This document shows positions 28,788 through 38,784 of a DNA stretch of 64,000 nt, one piece after another. The notes beneath the pieces were generated by a model. That model was given only the letters and a program-made list of their open reading frames with translations. It did not search any database and had not been told where the DNA came from. The DNA is from a virus: IMG/VR virus record IMGVR_UViG_3300045988_107309. One strand, given 5' to 3'. The first letter of the stretch is position 1, and every line of letters starts with the position of its first letter. The position numbers were made by a program, and so were the translations under genes.

Positions 28788-30120
28788 CAAGAAGAATAAG
28801 AATTACAATGTAGAGAGAGGGTTCATGTCTAAGTTGGTTGAAGACAAGGATATGAAATTACTGAAAGACCAACAGATAAGACCTTCTTTCTTGACTGGTG
28901 AAAATAGGAGAGTGTTTTCTTTTATTCAGTCACAGTTTAAAGACACTGGTGAGATTCCTACACCAAGAGTGTTGGCTCAAAAATTTCCTAACTATGAGTT
29001 AGAAACACATATTGTTGAAGGTATCGAAGTAGTTGGTACTGACGAAACTCTTCTGTACTGGTGTAACCAGTTACATATTAAGTCAATGCACAATAGAACT
29101 GCTGATGTGGTGGAAGAAGTTGCAGAGAAACTTGAAGAGGGTGAGTCAGAAGAAGCCTTTGCCTTATTAAAACAAGGTGTGTGGAAGATTGAAGATGAAG
29201 TAGTTATTTCTTCATCAGTGGATATTACAAAAGATACAGAGTCCAGAAAGCAAGCCTATTTAGAGAGAAAAGAGAAGAAAGGTATGGTGGGTATTCCTAT
29301 GGGTATTCCACACCTTGATTACATTCTGAAAGGTTTGATTAAAGAGACACTTACTACACTGATTGCAACATCTGGTGTAGGTAAAACTTGGTTTCTTGTT
29401 TTAGTAGGTGCTTATGCACAGCTTAACAATTATAAGGTGTGTATCTTCATTACAGAAATGAGTACAGACCTTATGCGTGACCGTTTTGAAGCTATGCTTT
29501 TCGGTATGATGTATGGAGACTTTGACTACAACAACTTTAAGTCTGGTACACTCTCACTCGATACAGAACAACAGTATTTTGAATTTTTGGAAGAGGATTT
29601 ACCAAAACTTGAGCCTTTAGTGATTGAGACAGCTACAGGTGTTTCAAGTGTTGTTTCTGTAGTAGAAAGAGAGAAGCCGGACTTAGTTCTCATTGATGGT
29701 GTTTATCTTATGGAAGATGAACAGGGAGCGAAAGATGACTGGTTAAGAGTAACACATATCACCAGAGATTTAAAGAAAGTTGCAAAGAACTGGCATATCC
29801 CTATTATGGTAAACACACAAGCAGATAAGAATACCAGTAAGAAGACCGGACCAGAGTTGGGAAGTATTATGTACTCTCAAGCTGTAGGTCAAGATAGTGA
29901 CAATGTTTTAGCTTTATTTCGTGATGAAGTTATGATAAATGACAAAGAAATGGGAGTTAAAGTATTGAAACAGCGTGAAGGTGTTCTTGGTAAAGTACTC
30001 ATTCAGTGGGATTTCCATAGAATGAACTTTAACAGTATTTACAGTGAAAATTCTGGTGATGTTGGAACAGAAGGTTATACTGATGAAGAATACGAAGAAA
30101 ATATTATGAATGTGGATTGA
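28771..30120 (+). CDS. DnaB-like replicative helicase
   Basis: GIPHLDYILKG...TSGVGKTWFLV (Walker A). The size and C-terminal RecA-fold pattern also fit. Confidence 0.8.
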   Translation: MKLKNSKKNKNYNVERGFMSKLVEDKDMKLLKDQQIRPSFLTGENRRVFSFIQSQFKDTGEIPTPRVLAQKFPNYELETHIVEGIEVVGTDETLLYWCNQLHIKSMHNRTADVVEEVAEKLEEGESEEAFALLKQGVWKIEDEVVISSSVDITKDTESRKQAYLERKEKKGMVGIPMGIPHLDYILKGLIKETLTTLIATSGVGKTWFLVLVGAYAQLNNYKVCIFITEMSTDLMRDRFEAMLFGMMYGDFDYNNFKSGTLSLDTEQQYFEFLEEDLPKLEPLVIETATGVSSVVSVVEREKPDLVLIDGVYLMEDEQGAKDDWLRVTHITRDLKKVAKNWHIPIMVNTQADKNTSKKTGPELGSIMYSQAVGQDSDNVLALFRDEVMINDKEMGVKVLKQREGVLGKVLIQWDFHRMNFNSIYSENSGDVGTEGYTDEEYEENIMNVD

Positions 30121-30125
30121 GGTGA

Positions 30126-30611
30126 GTGATTTTGTCTAAATTAAAAAGACTTACAGAGGAAGACCATTTTAGAAAATTCCATGATGACCCATATCATTGT
30201 TGTAGATGGTGTCATTGGTCCAAAGTAGAAGACCCTTTTGAAGGTAGAAAGTGTTTTTATCATCACAATCCTACTGTAGAAGCGGAGGGTAATATTCAAG
30301 ACGTTTATAAAGTCGCAGAAGATGGTTTACTTTCACAGGCTTTGGAGGAAGTGTTGAATGAAGAGCCTTTAGTGAATAAACTCATGTTGAGGGTAGAACA
30401 TATTCTTGATAAGTGGAACATATCCCAGAAGAGAAAACAGGAGTTTGAGAAGCACTTTAGAGAAGTGTGGGGAGAATTTGCTGATAATGATTTAAAGGAA
30501 AAACTTGATGACAAAGTAAGTGTTCTGTATCAGACAAAAGTTGAAGAGTTTGGTAATGAGTCAGAGGGTATTTCTGTTAGTGATGATTTCTGCTGTAAGT
30601 ATTTTGAATGA
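30126..30611 (+). CDS. hypothetical Cys/His-rich protein
   Basis: 161-aa ORF containing CCRWCHW. Confidence 0.4.
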   Translation: MILSKLKRLTEEDHFRKFHDDPYHCCRWCHWSKVEDPFEGRKCFYHHNPTVEAEGNIQDVYKVAEDGLLSQALEEVLNEEPLVNKLMLRVEHILDKWNISQKRKQEFEKHFREVWGEFADNDLKEKLDDKVSVLYQTKVEEFGNESEGISVSDDFCCKYFE

Positions 30612-30622
30612 GGTGACTGTTT

Positions 30623-31651
30623 ATGGGAATGTCACTATCTAAAGAACAAATAGAAGACCTTGTACAATACTGTGGTTCTAAACCTACACAGTGGAGAGAC
30701 GAAGATATGTTAATCTGTTGTCCTGTACATGGTGAATCAAACCCCTCATGTGGTGTATCTGCTGAGAAGCAGATATTTCATTGTTTTGCGTGTGGTGCAA
30801 GTGGTAACTTTGCAAAGTTTTTGTACTTGTCATTACCAGATGAATTTGGTTATGACCCCAGTACAGATGACACTATAAAAAAGACTTGGTTTAAAGCTGA
30901 CCGAAAAGCAAGACAGTTTTTAAAAGACAGATATGAACTTGAGTACAGAGAACTCGGTAAAAGAGTTAGGTCTGTAAAGAGATTTGAGGACTTGAGAAAA
31001 AATGTCATTGAATTAGAAGAGTCTGAAAAGACTATTCCTATCTGGAAGATTGCACCTTACCAGTCTGGCAAGAGTACTTATAGGTATTTCTTTGACCGTG
31101 GATTTGATAAGTCTGATATGAAGAAGTTTATGATTGGGTATGATGATGTTAATAAGACAATCACTATCCCAGTTTTTAATCAAGAGAATAAACTTGTCGG
31201 AGTAATCGGCAGGTATATTAGTAAGAATAGAAAGAAGAATCAGAGGTATAAGATTTACGACCACTTTAATAGGAGTAATTTCTTATATCCATTACCTCAT
31301 TTTAAGGTTAAAGATGACACTATCATCTTAGTGGAAGGTCAGTTTGACTCTATATGGTGTCATAAAAATGCCCTTGAAAATACTTTATCCATTATGACTG
31401 ACTTACTTAGTGAGGAACAGGCAGATTTTATTGAGAGTCATTGTTCCAGAGTTATCTATATTGGAGACAATGACGATAGAGGACTTGAAGCCAGAGATAA
31501 GAACAGAGAGATTTTAAAGGGCAGAGTAGAGTTCTTTGTTGTAGACTATCCTAATCATGGTAAAGACCCTTGCGATTGGTCTTATGATGAATTACACACT
31601 ATGATTGATAATGCACACAGCATTGTTAATAGAAAATTAAGGAGGATTTGA
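30623..31651 (+). CDS. DNA primase (DnaG-type: CHC2 zinc finger + TOPRIM)
   Basis: CCPVHGESNPS...FHCFACGASGN (zinc finger). LVEGQFD and IGDNDDRG are TOPRIM motifs. Confidence 0.85.
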   Translation: MGMSLSKEQIEDLVQYCGSKPTQWRDEDMLICCPVHGESNPSCGVSAEKQIFHCFACGASGNFAKFLYLSLPDEFGYDPSTDDTIKKTWFKADRKARQFLKDRYELEYRELGKRVRSVKRFEDLRKNVIELEESEKTIPIWKIAPYQSGKSTYRYFFDRGFDKSDMKKFMIGYDDVNKTITIPVFNQENKLVGVIGRYISKNRKKNQRYKIYDHFNRSNFLYPLPHFKVKDDTIILVEGQFDSIWCHKNALENTLSIMTDLLSEEQADFIESHCSRVIYIGDNDDRGLEARDKNREILKGRVEFFVVDYPNHGKDPCDWSYDELHTMIDNAHSIVNRKLRRI

Positions 31652-31866
31652 GTATGAAGTCTAAAGAGGTAGCAAAGCAGTTATTTATCAATCTGGCTCA
31701 GTGTGAGCCTTGTGTTCAAAGTGATGTTATCCGAAGAGTGACAGACTGGCTTGAAAGCGGAGGTGAATTGAATGACCCTTATGTTGAAGGTCAGTTAAGA
31801 TACACTCAGAGACATTTGGACTTGTTGACAGCCCAGAAGAAGTTTGACAACAAGCATGGTGTGTGA
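31648..31866 (+). CDS. hypothetical protein
   Basis: 72-aa ORF with a ribosome-binding site. Confidence 0.45.
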   Translation: MSMKSKEVAKQLFINLAQCEPCVQSDVIRRVTDWLESGGELNDPYVEGQLRYTQRHLDLLTAQKKFDNKHGV

Positions 31867-31931
31867 TACACTGTTACTGCCATAATTTAGATAGAATTTA
31901 TGAATTTATGTATGAAAGGAGACAGAGAATT

Positions 31932-32789
31932 ATGGGAATGTTTAAAAAAGGATTTGAAGCAAACAGACAAGAGAAAGCAAGACAGGAAAAACTTGCAGAG
32001 AACAGAGGTAAGAAGCTGTTCCGTTTCTTCTTAGGAAAAGACGGAGAAGAAGCTGACCTTATCTTTTTAACAGAAGAGCCAGTAAATTTCCATGAGCATA
32101 CAGTGAAAGGCTCAAGAAATGGAAAAGAGGTGTTTGACACCTTTACCTGTACAGGTGATGATAACTGTGAGTTATGTAATGATGGTGACAGACCTTCCTT
32201 TAAAGGTGCTTTCCTTGTGTACGACCAGAGACCATTTGAGTACACTGATAAGAATGGAAAGAAGCAGAAAGCTGACGGAAGTTTAAAGCTGTTCGTATAT
32301 GGAACTAAAGTAGTTTCTCAGCTTGACCGTATCAGCAGTAAGTATGGTCTCACCGGCAGAGAGATTACAATGGTTCGTCTGGGTTCTGGTACATCAACTA
32401 ACTACACCTTTGAGAGAGGTGACAAGATTTCTCTTACAGAGAAAGAGATTACAAATATGTTGCCGGAGAAACTTCGTGAGGAGTATGACGGAACAGAAGA
32501 CAGTCTCTATTCAATCATTGAGAGACAGCTTGAAATGAGTGTGAAAGGTTACACTGGTGAAGAGTCTGACAGTGATGATGAAGATGATGACAGCTATGAC
32601 GGAAGAGACGCAGTTATGGGTGTTGATGATGACGAAGAAACAGGTGAAAAACCTGCCAGAAAACTTTCTGGTGGAAAGAAGCTGAACTCTTCTAAGAAGA
32701 AAACACTCTTTAAGAAACCTGCGGAGAACAGTGTTAAGAAACCACAGAACAAGGCTAAGTCACTTATTAAAAGAAGTGTTAGCAAATAA
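31932..32789 (+). CDS. putative ssDNA-binding protein
   Basis: ATG 31932 follows AAGGAGA. It has a Cys cluster (CTGDDNCELC) and an acidic tract (ESDSDDEDDDSYDG), and sits in the replication module. Tentative. Confidence 0.4.
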   Translation: MGMFKKGFEANRQEKARQEKLAENRGKKLFRFFLGKDGEEADLIFLTEEPVNFHEHTVKGSRNGKEVFDTFTCTGDDNCELCNDGDRPSFKGAFLVYDQRPFEYTDKNGKKQKADGSLKLFVYGTKVVSQLDRISSKYGLTGREITMVRLGSGTSTNYTFERGDKISLTEKEITNMLPEKLREEYDGTEDSLYSIIERQLEMSVKGYTGEESDSDDEDDDSYDGRDAVMGVDDDEETGEKPARKLSGGKKLNSSKKKTLFKKPAENSVKKPQNKAKSLIKRSVSK

Positions 32790-32809
32790 AAACAAGGAGG
32801 ACAAGTGAA

Positions 32810-33076
32810 ATGTCTGGAATTAAAGATTTTATTGAAGCGTATGCCATGAAACGAGGTATCAGCAAAGTTCAAGCAGAACAGGAAGTGAAAGCATTTCTTG
32901 ATGTTATGAAAGACAAGCTGAAAGCAGGTGGGGTATCATTTAAGGGTATCTTCACAATCAAGAAAGTTGTTAAGAAAGGTCGTTCTGGTAAGTGTAATGG
33001 TCGTGAATACACTACAGAAGATAAGAACAGCTTGAAGCTGACTGTAGGTGCTGACTTAGAGCAGGAACTCAACTAA
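32810..33076 (+). CDS. HU/IHF-family DNA-binding protein
   Basis: 88 aa. FKGIFTIKKVVKKGRSGKCNGRE...LKLTVGADL matches the HU arm pattern. Confidence 0.65.
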   Translation: MSGIKDFIEAYAMKRGISKVQAEQEVKAFLDVMKDKLKAGGVSFKGIFTIKKVVKKGRSGKCNGREYTTEDKNSLKLTVGADLEQELN

Positions 33077-33097
33077 AGGTCATTTGCAGTAATTGAG

Positions 33098-33145
33098 TGA
33101 GTAGTTTATACTTATACCAGAGTATGAACTACTCATTATTTTTAA
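33098..33145 (+). terminator. rho-independent terminator
   Basis: tgagtagtttatact / agtatgaactactca form a 15-bp stem (one G-U pair), followed by TTATTTTT. Confidence 0.7.
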
Positions 33146-33160
33146 GAAAGGAGAGTGCAG

Positions 33161-35530
33161 ATGAAGCTGAAAAGAGTAAAGCCGATTGAAGGGAAGAAAA
33201 AGTTAAAACCTATTCCCAGAAAAAAGCCGAAACTTAAAGCACCTTATTCTAAGGAATATATAGATAAGTCCTTGAAGGACGTTTTAAGTGAAGCATACAC
33301 TGGTAAGTATCATAACAACTTCCCTTTTGAGCCGGAAATGATAGAGTATGAAGTCATTACTGATGAAGAAAGACTTGAGTGGTTGTCAGATGTGATGATG
33401 GATATTCCAGAGTTTGCTTTCGATACAGAGACTAATACGCTTGATGTTTTAGGTCCGAATAAGAATTTCAAGTGTGTTGGTATCAGTATTTCATGGGGCG
33501 AAAGAAATAACTACTACATACCTGTAGGTCACATAAGAGAAGAGGACATTGATAATCAGATTGACCTTGATATTGTGGTAGAGTATTTGAAACCAGTGTT
33601 TGAGCGTTTAGATGTAAGAATCATTGGACATAACCTTAAATTCGATATGCACGTTATGAAACGTATCGGTATTGAGATTAAGACAAAAGACCTGTTCGAC
33701 ACAATGTTAGCGTCATGGTTGTGTAATGAGAATACACCTAACGGTTTGAAAGATAACTCACTTGAGAAGATGGGTCTGAAACAGACTCACTTTGCAGAAG
33801 CAACAGCAACAGTGCCGAATGAGGTGAAGAAGCAGTTTGGATTCAAGGCTAATTCCAGAGTGACCTTTGATTTAGTGCTTATTGAAGATGGTGCTCCTTA
33901 TGCTTTAGCTGACGCATTTTACACCTACTGTCTGTATCTTGGATTCACACAGGAACTTGTTGATGAAAAGATGGATAAGATTTATTACAAGATGTACATT
34001 CCATTCTTGATTGCATTGTATAGAATGGAGGAACAGGGTGTTACCGTTGATGTAGACAAGCTGAGACAGATGGGTGTTGATATGCAAAATGACCTTGATG
34101 AACTCACTTATAAGATTTATGAGATTGCCGGGGTAGAGTTTAATATTGGTTCAAGTCAGCAGAAAGCAGAGATTTTATTCGGGTGGGAGAAGCCAGACGT
34201 ACCAGTTAAGAGAGATAAAGTACCTGCACAGGTGACTAAAATTATCCAGAACTATAAGAGTGGTGAACTTGATTTAAAAGAGACTCAGAAAGCATTGAAT
34301 GAAAAGGGTTATTACTTTGATGAAAAAGGTAACATCTGGAAAGAGTCAAATAAAAACAGAGCCATTCTTGATAAGTCTTTTGGATTCAGAAGTACCAGTG
34401 AAACAAATTCCGGCAATCCAAGTACAGATAGTGATACTATTTGGAGATTGTCACAGTTGACCTTTAAGACTAACAGAAGAAAGCAACAGGGAGTTGAAAT
34501 GTGTAAGCTGATGTTGGAGTATTCCAAGTTAGCGAAACTGAAAACAGCTTTTGTTGATGGTATTCTTGAGAAATTGTATGAAGACGGAAAAGCACACCCG
34601 TCCTTTAACCAGATTGGTACTGATTCTGGAAGACTTTCATGTAGTAACCCGAACTTGCAACAGTTACCTAAAGCAAACGAGGACGATAAGTACCAGATTC
34701 GTTCTGTGTTTATTGGTAGTATTGACCCCAAGACTGGTAAGAGAAAGAAGATTATCGCACTTGACTACCACAACCTTGAAATGGTGTGCTTGACTTACTT
34801 TAGTAAGGATAAGAACTTGACTGAAATGTTTGCGAATGATGATGACGCACATGGTTCTACTGCTGTGAATATGTTTAATCTTGAATGTACCCCGGTAGAA
34901 GCAAAGAAACTTTATCCTCATTTGAGACAAGCGGCTAAGACTATCAACTTCATGTTGATGTATGGTGGAGGAGCAGGTAAACTCTATGAGAGTTTGAAGT
35001 CAGACCACTATTCACCACTTGATTTAGGAGCGAAAGAGTATCTTGACTTGTATCACTGTAAAAATGGTGTGGACGTTGCACAGCAGTTCATTGATAAGTA
35101 CTTTGACTCATACAGTGGAGTAGCAAAATTTATTTCCGGTCAGAAGAAGTATGCACATAGAAATAAGTGTGTTTACACAATTTTGGGTAGAAAGAGAAGA
35201 CTGCCAGATATAAATTCACATGACAGAAAGGTGTCAAGTTATTGTGAGCGTTTAGCTGTCAATAGTGCTATTCAAGGAACTGCCGGAGATATATGTATCA
35301 ATGCTCAGATAAGAGTGGACGCAGATGAAAGACTGAGAGAACTCGGCTGTAATATGATGATTCAAGTACATGATGAATTGGTGTTTGAGTGTCCAGAAGA
35401 ACATTTGGAAGAAGCAATTCCATTGATTAAAGACTACATGGAACACCCATTTGGTGACAGTGAATCAAGACAAGTTCCATTCTTGAGAGCAGACTACGAC
35501 ACTGGTGACAGTTATCAAGACGCAAAATAG
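33161..35530 (+). CDS. family A DNA polymerase with 3'-5' exonuclease domain
   Basis: Motifs FAFDTETN (exonuclease I), DYHNLEM (motif A), RQAAKTINFMLMYGGG (motif B) and QVHDELVFE (motif C). Confidence 0.9.
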   Translation: MKLKRVKPIEGKKKLKPIPRKKPKLKAPYSKEYIDKSLKDVLSEAYTGKYHNNFPFEPEMIEYEVITDEERLEWLSDVMMDIPEFAFDTETNTLDVLGPNKNFKCVGISISWGERNNYYIPVGHIREEDIDNQIDLDIVVEYLKPVFERLDVRIIGHNLKFDMHVMKRIGIEIKTKDLFDTMLASWLCNENTPNGLKDNSLEKMGLKQTHFAEATATVPNEVKKQFGFKANSRVTFDLVLIEDGAPYALADAFYTYCLYLGFTQELVDEKMDKIYYKMYIPFLIALYRMEEQGVTVDVDKLRQMGVDMQNDLDELTYKIYEIAGVEFNIGSSQQKAEILFGWEKPDVPVKRDKVPAQVTKIIQNYKSGELDLKETQKALNEKGYYFDEKGNIWKESNKNRAILDKSFGFRSTSETNSGNPSTDSDTIWRLSQLTFKTNRRKQQGVEMCKLMLEYSKLAKLKTAFVDGILEKLYEDGKAHPSFNQIGTDSGRLSCSNPNLQQLPKANEDDKYQIRSVFIGSIDPKTGKRKKIIALDYHNLEMVCLTYFSKDKNLTEMFANDDDAHGSTAVNMFNLECTPVEAKKLYPHLRQAAKTINFMLMYGGGAGKLYESLKSDHYSPLDLGAKEYLDLYHCKNGVDVAQQFIDKYFDSYSGVAKFISGQKKYAHRNKCVYTILGRKRRLPDINSHDRKVSSYCERLAVNSAIQGTAGDICINAQIRVDADERLRELGCNMMIQVHDELVFECPEEHLEEAIPLIKDYMEHPFGDSESRQVPFLRADYDTGDSYQDAK

Positions 35531-35540
35531 AGGTGATGTA

Positions 35541-35705
35541 ATGAAACAGTACAGTTGTCCTAAATGTGGTAGTAAAGATTTATTCCTCAAAGAGTCCGGT
35601 AATCATACTGGACTCTACTGTGGAGATTGTGGTAGTTGGTTAAAATGGGTGAGCAAGAAAGAGAAGCCACTCATTGAAAGATTCATAGAAAAGGAGAGTA
35701 AGTGA
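35541..35705 (+). CDS. small zinc-ribbon protein
   Basis: CPKCGS...CGDCGS, with a ribosome-binding site. Confidence 0.5.
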   Translation: MKQYSCPKCGSKDLFLKESGNHTGLYCGDCGSWLKWVSKKEKPLIERFIEKESK

Positions 35706-35706
35706 T

Positions 35707-36354
35707 ATGCAGTATCAGATTTTTAAGACAAACGGAGAATTAGTTGCATGGATTGACACAGAGACAGAAGACGCAGTTTTAAAGAGAGGTTATGAAGTGC
35801 AAAAAGGTGAGAATCTTTCAGTACAGGAAGTACTTGAGAAAGGTGTTAAACCTTGTGTTGCAGAGTTTGAGAAAGTTAGTTGGGGTCAGTATTGTTATGA
35901 CAGAAAGTGTGACCCGGCTAATGTGTTTACTGAACCTCACTCTAAGGAGTATGACAGAATCAAACTTCCTAAGAGAGCAACTAAAGGTTCTGCTGGATAT
36001 GATTTCTACGCACTGTTTGATATTACACTGAATCCGGGAGAAACAATTCAGTTCCCAACAGGTATCAGATGTAAGATGAAAGACAATGTAGTTCTTATGC
36101 TTTATCCGAGAAGTGGTCTTGGATTTAAGTATCGTCTGAGACTTGAAAATACTGTGGGAGTAATTGACAGTGATTATTATAACAGTAAGAATGAAGGTCA
36201 CATTCAAGTGAAGATGACAAATGAGGGTAATCGTCCTGTTACAATCAAAGCCGGAGAAGCCTATATGCAAGGTATCTTCACAGAGTATCTTTTAGCTGAT
36301 GAAGAAGAAGTTACAGAAGAGAGAGACGGTGGATTTGGTTCTACCACAAAATAA
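35707..36354 (+). CDS. dut: dUTPase with an ~80-aa N-terminal extension
   Basis: Motifs GSAGYDF, PRSGLG, GVIDSDY and RDGGFGSTT. Confidence 0.85.
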   Translation: MQYQIFKTNGELVAWIDTETEDAVLKRGYEVQKGENLSVQEVLEKGVKPCVAEFEKVSWGQYCYDRKCDPANVFTEPHSKEYDRIKLPKRATKGSAGYDFYALFDITLNPGETIQFPTGIRCKMKDNVVLMLYPRSGLGFKYRLRLENTVGVIDSDYYNSKNEGHIQVKMTNEGNRPVTIKAGEAYMQGIFTEYLLADEEEVTEERDGGFGSTTK

Positions 36355-36363
36355 GAGGTGAAC

Positions 36364-36391
36364 ATAGGCAGTCTGAGATATGACTGCCTAT
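36364..36391 (+). terminator. hairpin terminator
   Basis: ataggcagtc / gactgcctat form a 10-bp stem, followed by a T-rich tail. Confidence 0.55.
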
Positions 36392-36401
36392 TACTATTCT
36401 T

Positions 36402-36430
36402 TTGACAATCTTCTGGATATATATTATAAT
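36402..36430 (+). promoter_or_regulatory. consensus sigma70 promoter
   Basis: TTGACA, a 17-nt spacer, then TATAAT. Confidence 0.65.
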
Positions 36431-36482
36431 AAAGTCATACAATCTAAAAAGTATGAATTTATGTAGAAAGGAGATATTAAGA

Positions 36483-36686
36483 ATGGCAAGAGATACCTTA
36501 GTTCCGAAGAAAGAACGGACTACAGTAGTAGCAAGTAAGACTCTTCTGGATAGAATTAGTGTTCATGTAGCAAAGAATGGTGATAACCAGACTAACTTTG
36601 TTACCAGAGCATTAGTTAATCAGCTTGAGCGTGAGGGTGATATTGGAATAAGAAGCATATTGGAGGAAGAAGAGAATGGCGATTAA
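36483..36686 (+). CDS. ribbon-helix-helix (CopG/Arc-like) DNA-binding protein
   Basis: ATG 36483 follows [39 protein letters not shown] fits the ribbon-helix-helix pattern. Confidence 0.55.
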   Translation: MARDTLVPKKERTTVVASKTLLDRISVHVAKNGDNQTNFVTRALVNQLEREGDIGIRSILEEEENGD

Positions 36687-37830
36687 GAAAAAGACAGCAG
36701 TAAAGACTCCTGTAAAATCACAGGCTACAAAGACAGTTTCACAGAAAGGTGATTCTGCCAGAGATTCCAGACTCAACAAACTGGTAGATGACATTAACAA
36801 GAAGTATGGTACTAATGCTGTAATGAGGGGATTCCCTAAAAAGATTACAGATGATGAAGACGATTGGTACACTATTCAGAGATTCGGCACTTCTATTCCG
36901 TCTTTAGATATTGCTGTTGGTGGTGGTATTCCTATTGGACGTTACACTGAAATTCAAGGAGCGTTTTCTTCCTTTAAAACTACTGTTACACTTCATTGTA
37001 TGAGAGAGTTCCAGAAGAGATTTGGTAAGACTGTTCTCCTGTGTGACGCAGAGGGTACTACTACAGACAGTGACAAATACCTCACACAGCTTGAGATTGA
37101 CGGAGACCTTTTCATGTTCAATCCGAGTTCTGGTCTTGAAGAGACTACACAGTTGATTCTTGATACTATGGATAACCCAGAAGTAAAACTGGGAGTGATT
37201 GATTCTATTGAAGCACTTGTACCTACAAAAGAGTATGAGAGTGGAATGGACGATACTGTTCAGATGGGTATTAAACCTAAGTTACTGGCTGAGTTCTTTA
37301 GAAAGTTTCAAGCAAAGAATAACAAACTCAGAAGACAGGGTGAAATGCCTTTCACACTTATCGGTATTAACCAGTTGAAAGATAAGATTTCTCTTTATGG
37401 TGGTGAGTTTGCTCCCGGAGGAAAAGCAAAAGACTTTGCACAGTCTTTGTGTATTAAGTTCCGAAAGGGTGACACAATCACTGAGGGAACAGGTGAGAAT
37501 AAAGTAGCAGTAGGACAGACTGTGAAGTTTAAAGTTGAGAAGAACAAGACGTTTCCATCTGGTAAACAGGGTGAGTTTGATATGTACACAGAAGATAACA
37601 GTGCAGGTGTTAAGAAAGGATTCTGTGATATTTATATGTCCATTATCCTTGAAGCTAAGTCTTTTGGTCTTATTGAACGTGCCGGAAGTTATTTCTATCT
37701 TTCCAGTGACCCGACTAACAAATTTCAAGGACAGGAAAAACTTATTGATTACCTCATGGATAACCCAGATATTATTGAGAGTATGAAAGATGAAATTCTT
37801 TCTATTGCCAATAAGAAAGTGGGAATGTAA
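36676..37830 (+). CDS. RecA-family recombinase (atypical Walker A)
   Basis: [30 protein letters not shown] looks like a RecA N-terminal core. The P-loop reads GAFSSFKT, with F where the second Gly is expected. Confidence 0.7.
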   Translation: MAIKKKTAVKTPVKSQATKTVSQKGDSARDSRLNKLVDDINKKYGTNAVMRGFPKKITDDEDDWYTIQRFGTSIPSLDIAVGGGIPIGRYTEIQGAFSSFKTTVTLHCMREFQKRFGKTVLLCDAEGTTTDSDKYLTQLEIDGDLFMFNPSSGLEETTQLILDTMDNPEVKLGVIDSIEALVPTKEYESGMDDTVQMGIKPKLLAEFFRKFQAKNNKLRRQGEMPFTLIGINQLKDKISLYGGEFAPGGKAKDFAQSLCIKFRKGDTITEGTGENKVAVGQTVKFKVEKNKTFPSGKQGEFDMYTEDNSAGVKKGFCDIYMSIILEAKSFGLIERAGSYFYLSSDPTNKFQGQEKLIDYLMDNPDIIESMKDEILSIANKKVGM

Positions 37831-38090
37831 TGAAGTTCAGTAAAGGTTATAAAGAAAGTCGGGATAAAGTAAAAAAGAGTGCCAAGTTCACAAGGTCATG
37901 CTTTAATTGTGACTACTTCTTTAAGACTATGAGTGATAAAGAAGAGGTGTGTCAGAATCCGAATGTCACACAGTTTGACCTTGTGACGGACGAGAATAAT
38001 ATTTACTGCTGTTATTGGAGACAGAGTGAAAGAAAGAGTGATAACGATTCTCTGTTTAAAGGTGGCACAGGAAGGAATAGAACAATATGA
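37830..38090 (+). CDS. hypothetical Cys-containing protein
   Basis: 86-aa ORF containing CFNCDYF...C. Confidence 0.4.
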   Translation: MKFSKGYKESRDKVKKSAKFTRSCFNCDYFFKTMSDKEEVCQNPNVTQFDLVTDENNIYCCYWRQSERKSDNDSLFKGGTGRNRTI

Positions 38091-38569
38091 AGACAGTAAA
38101 GAAACGCTCCCAGATACAGGAGAAAAGTGTTGCTAAAGGTATGGGTGCTAAGACAGTAGTTGCCAGTGGTGCTTTATGGAGTGCCAAAGGTGATGTGAGA
38201 AATGACAAGTTCCTTATTGAGTGCAAGACTACTGAAAAGGACTTCTATCCTATCACTACAAAAGTGTGGGAGAAGATTTCTCTTGAAGCAGATAAAGACG
38301 GAATGAGAATACCTCTTCTGTTTGTAGATTTAAGAGATACAGACAGATATGTGGTGTTCAATCCGAATGACTTTTCCATACAGGTTAATACTTATGAGAT
38401 TGTTCCTCATGTTCATGGTGGATTTAAGTCCTATCGTTTTAAGGGATATACAGAAGAGGAACTTCCTTTGCTGTTTAGTTTAGTACCTGTTAAAATGAAT
38501 AAGAAAAATCATATTCTTATGGTGATGAAGTATGAGGACTTTAGAAGTCACTTTGAGGAGGAATTGTAA
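38087..38569 (+). CDS. PD-(D/E)XK nuclease / Holliday-junction-resolvase-like protein
   Basis: ASGALWSAKGDV...FLIECKTTEK contains a D..ExK motif. Confidence 0.45.
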   Translation: MKTVKKRSQIQEKSVAKGMGAKTVVASGALWSAKGDVRNDKFLIECKTTEKDFYPITTKVWEKISLEADKDGMRIPLLFVDLRDTDRYVVFNPNDFSIQVNTYEIVPHVHGGFKSYRFKGYTEEELPLLFSLVPVKMNKKNHILMVMKYEDFRSHFEEEL

Positions 38570-38784
38570 TGAAACTTGTGAAAGTAGATATGGGTAAGAA
38601 TATCTGTGAAAGGTACGAGTGTGGCAAGTGTGGTTATAGATTTCCTATGTACCTTGTTGATAAAGAGGGAAATTATAACCCTTTTAGTAACAGTAGCTTT
38701 TTCAAACCGGGAACTCATTATAACTACTGTCCTATGTGTGGTGAGAAAGTAGATAAGGAGGAACAGAAAGTTGAGTCTAAATAG
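38569..38784 (+). CDS. small zinc-ribbon protein
   Basis: CGKCGY...CPMCGE. Confidence 0.45.
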   Translation: MKLVKVDMGKNICERYECGKCGYRFPMYLVDKEGNYNPFSNSSFFKPGTHYNYCPMCGEKVDKEEQKVESK

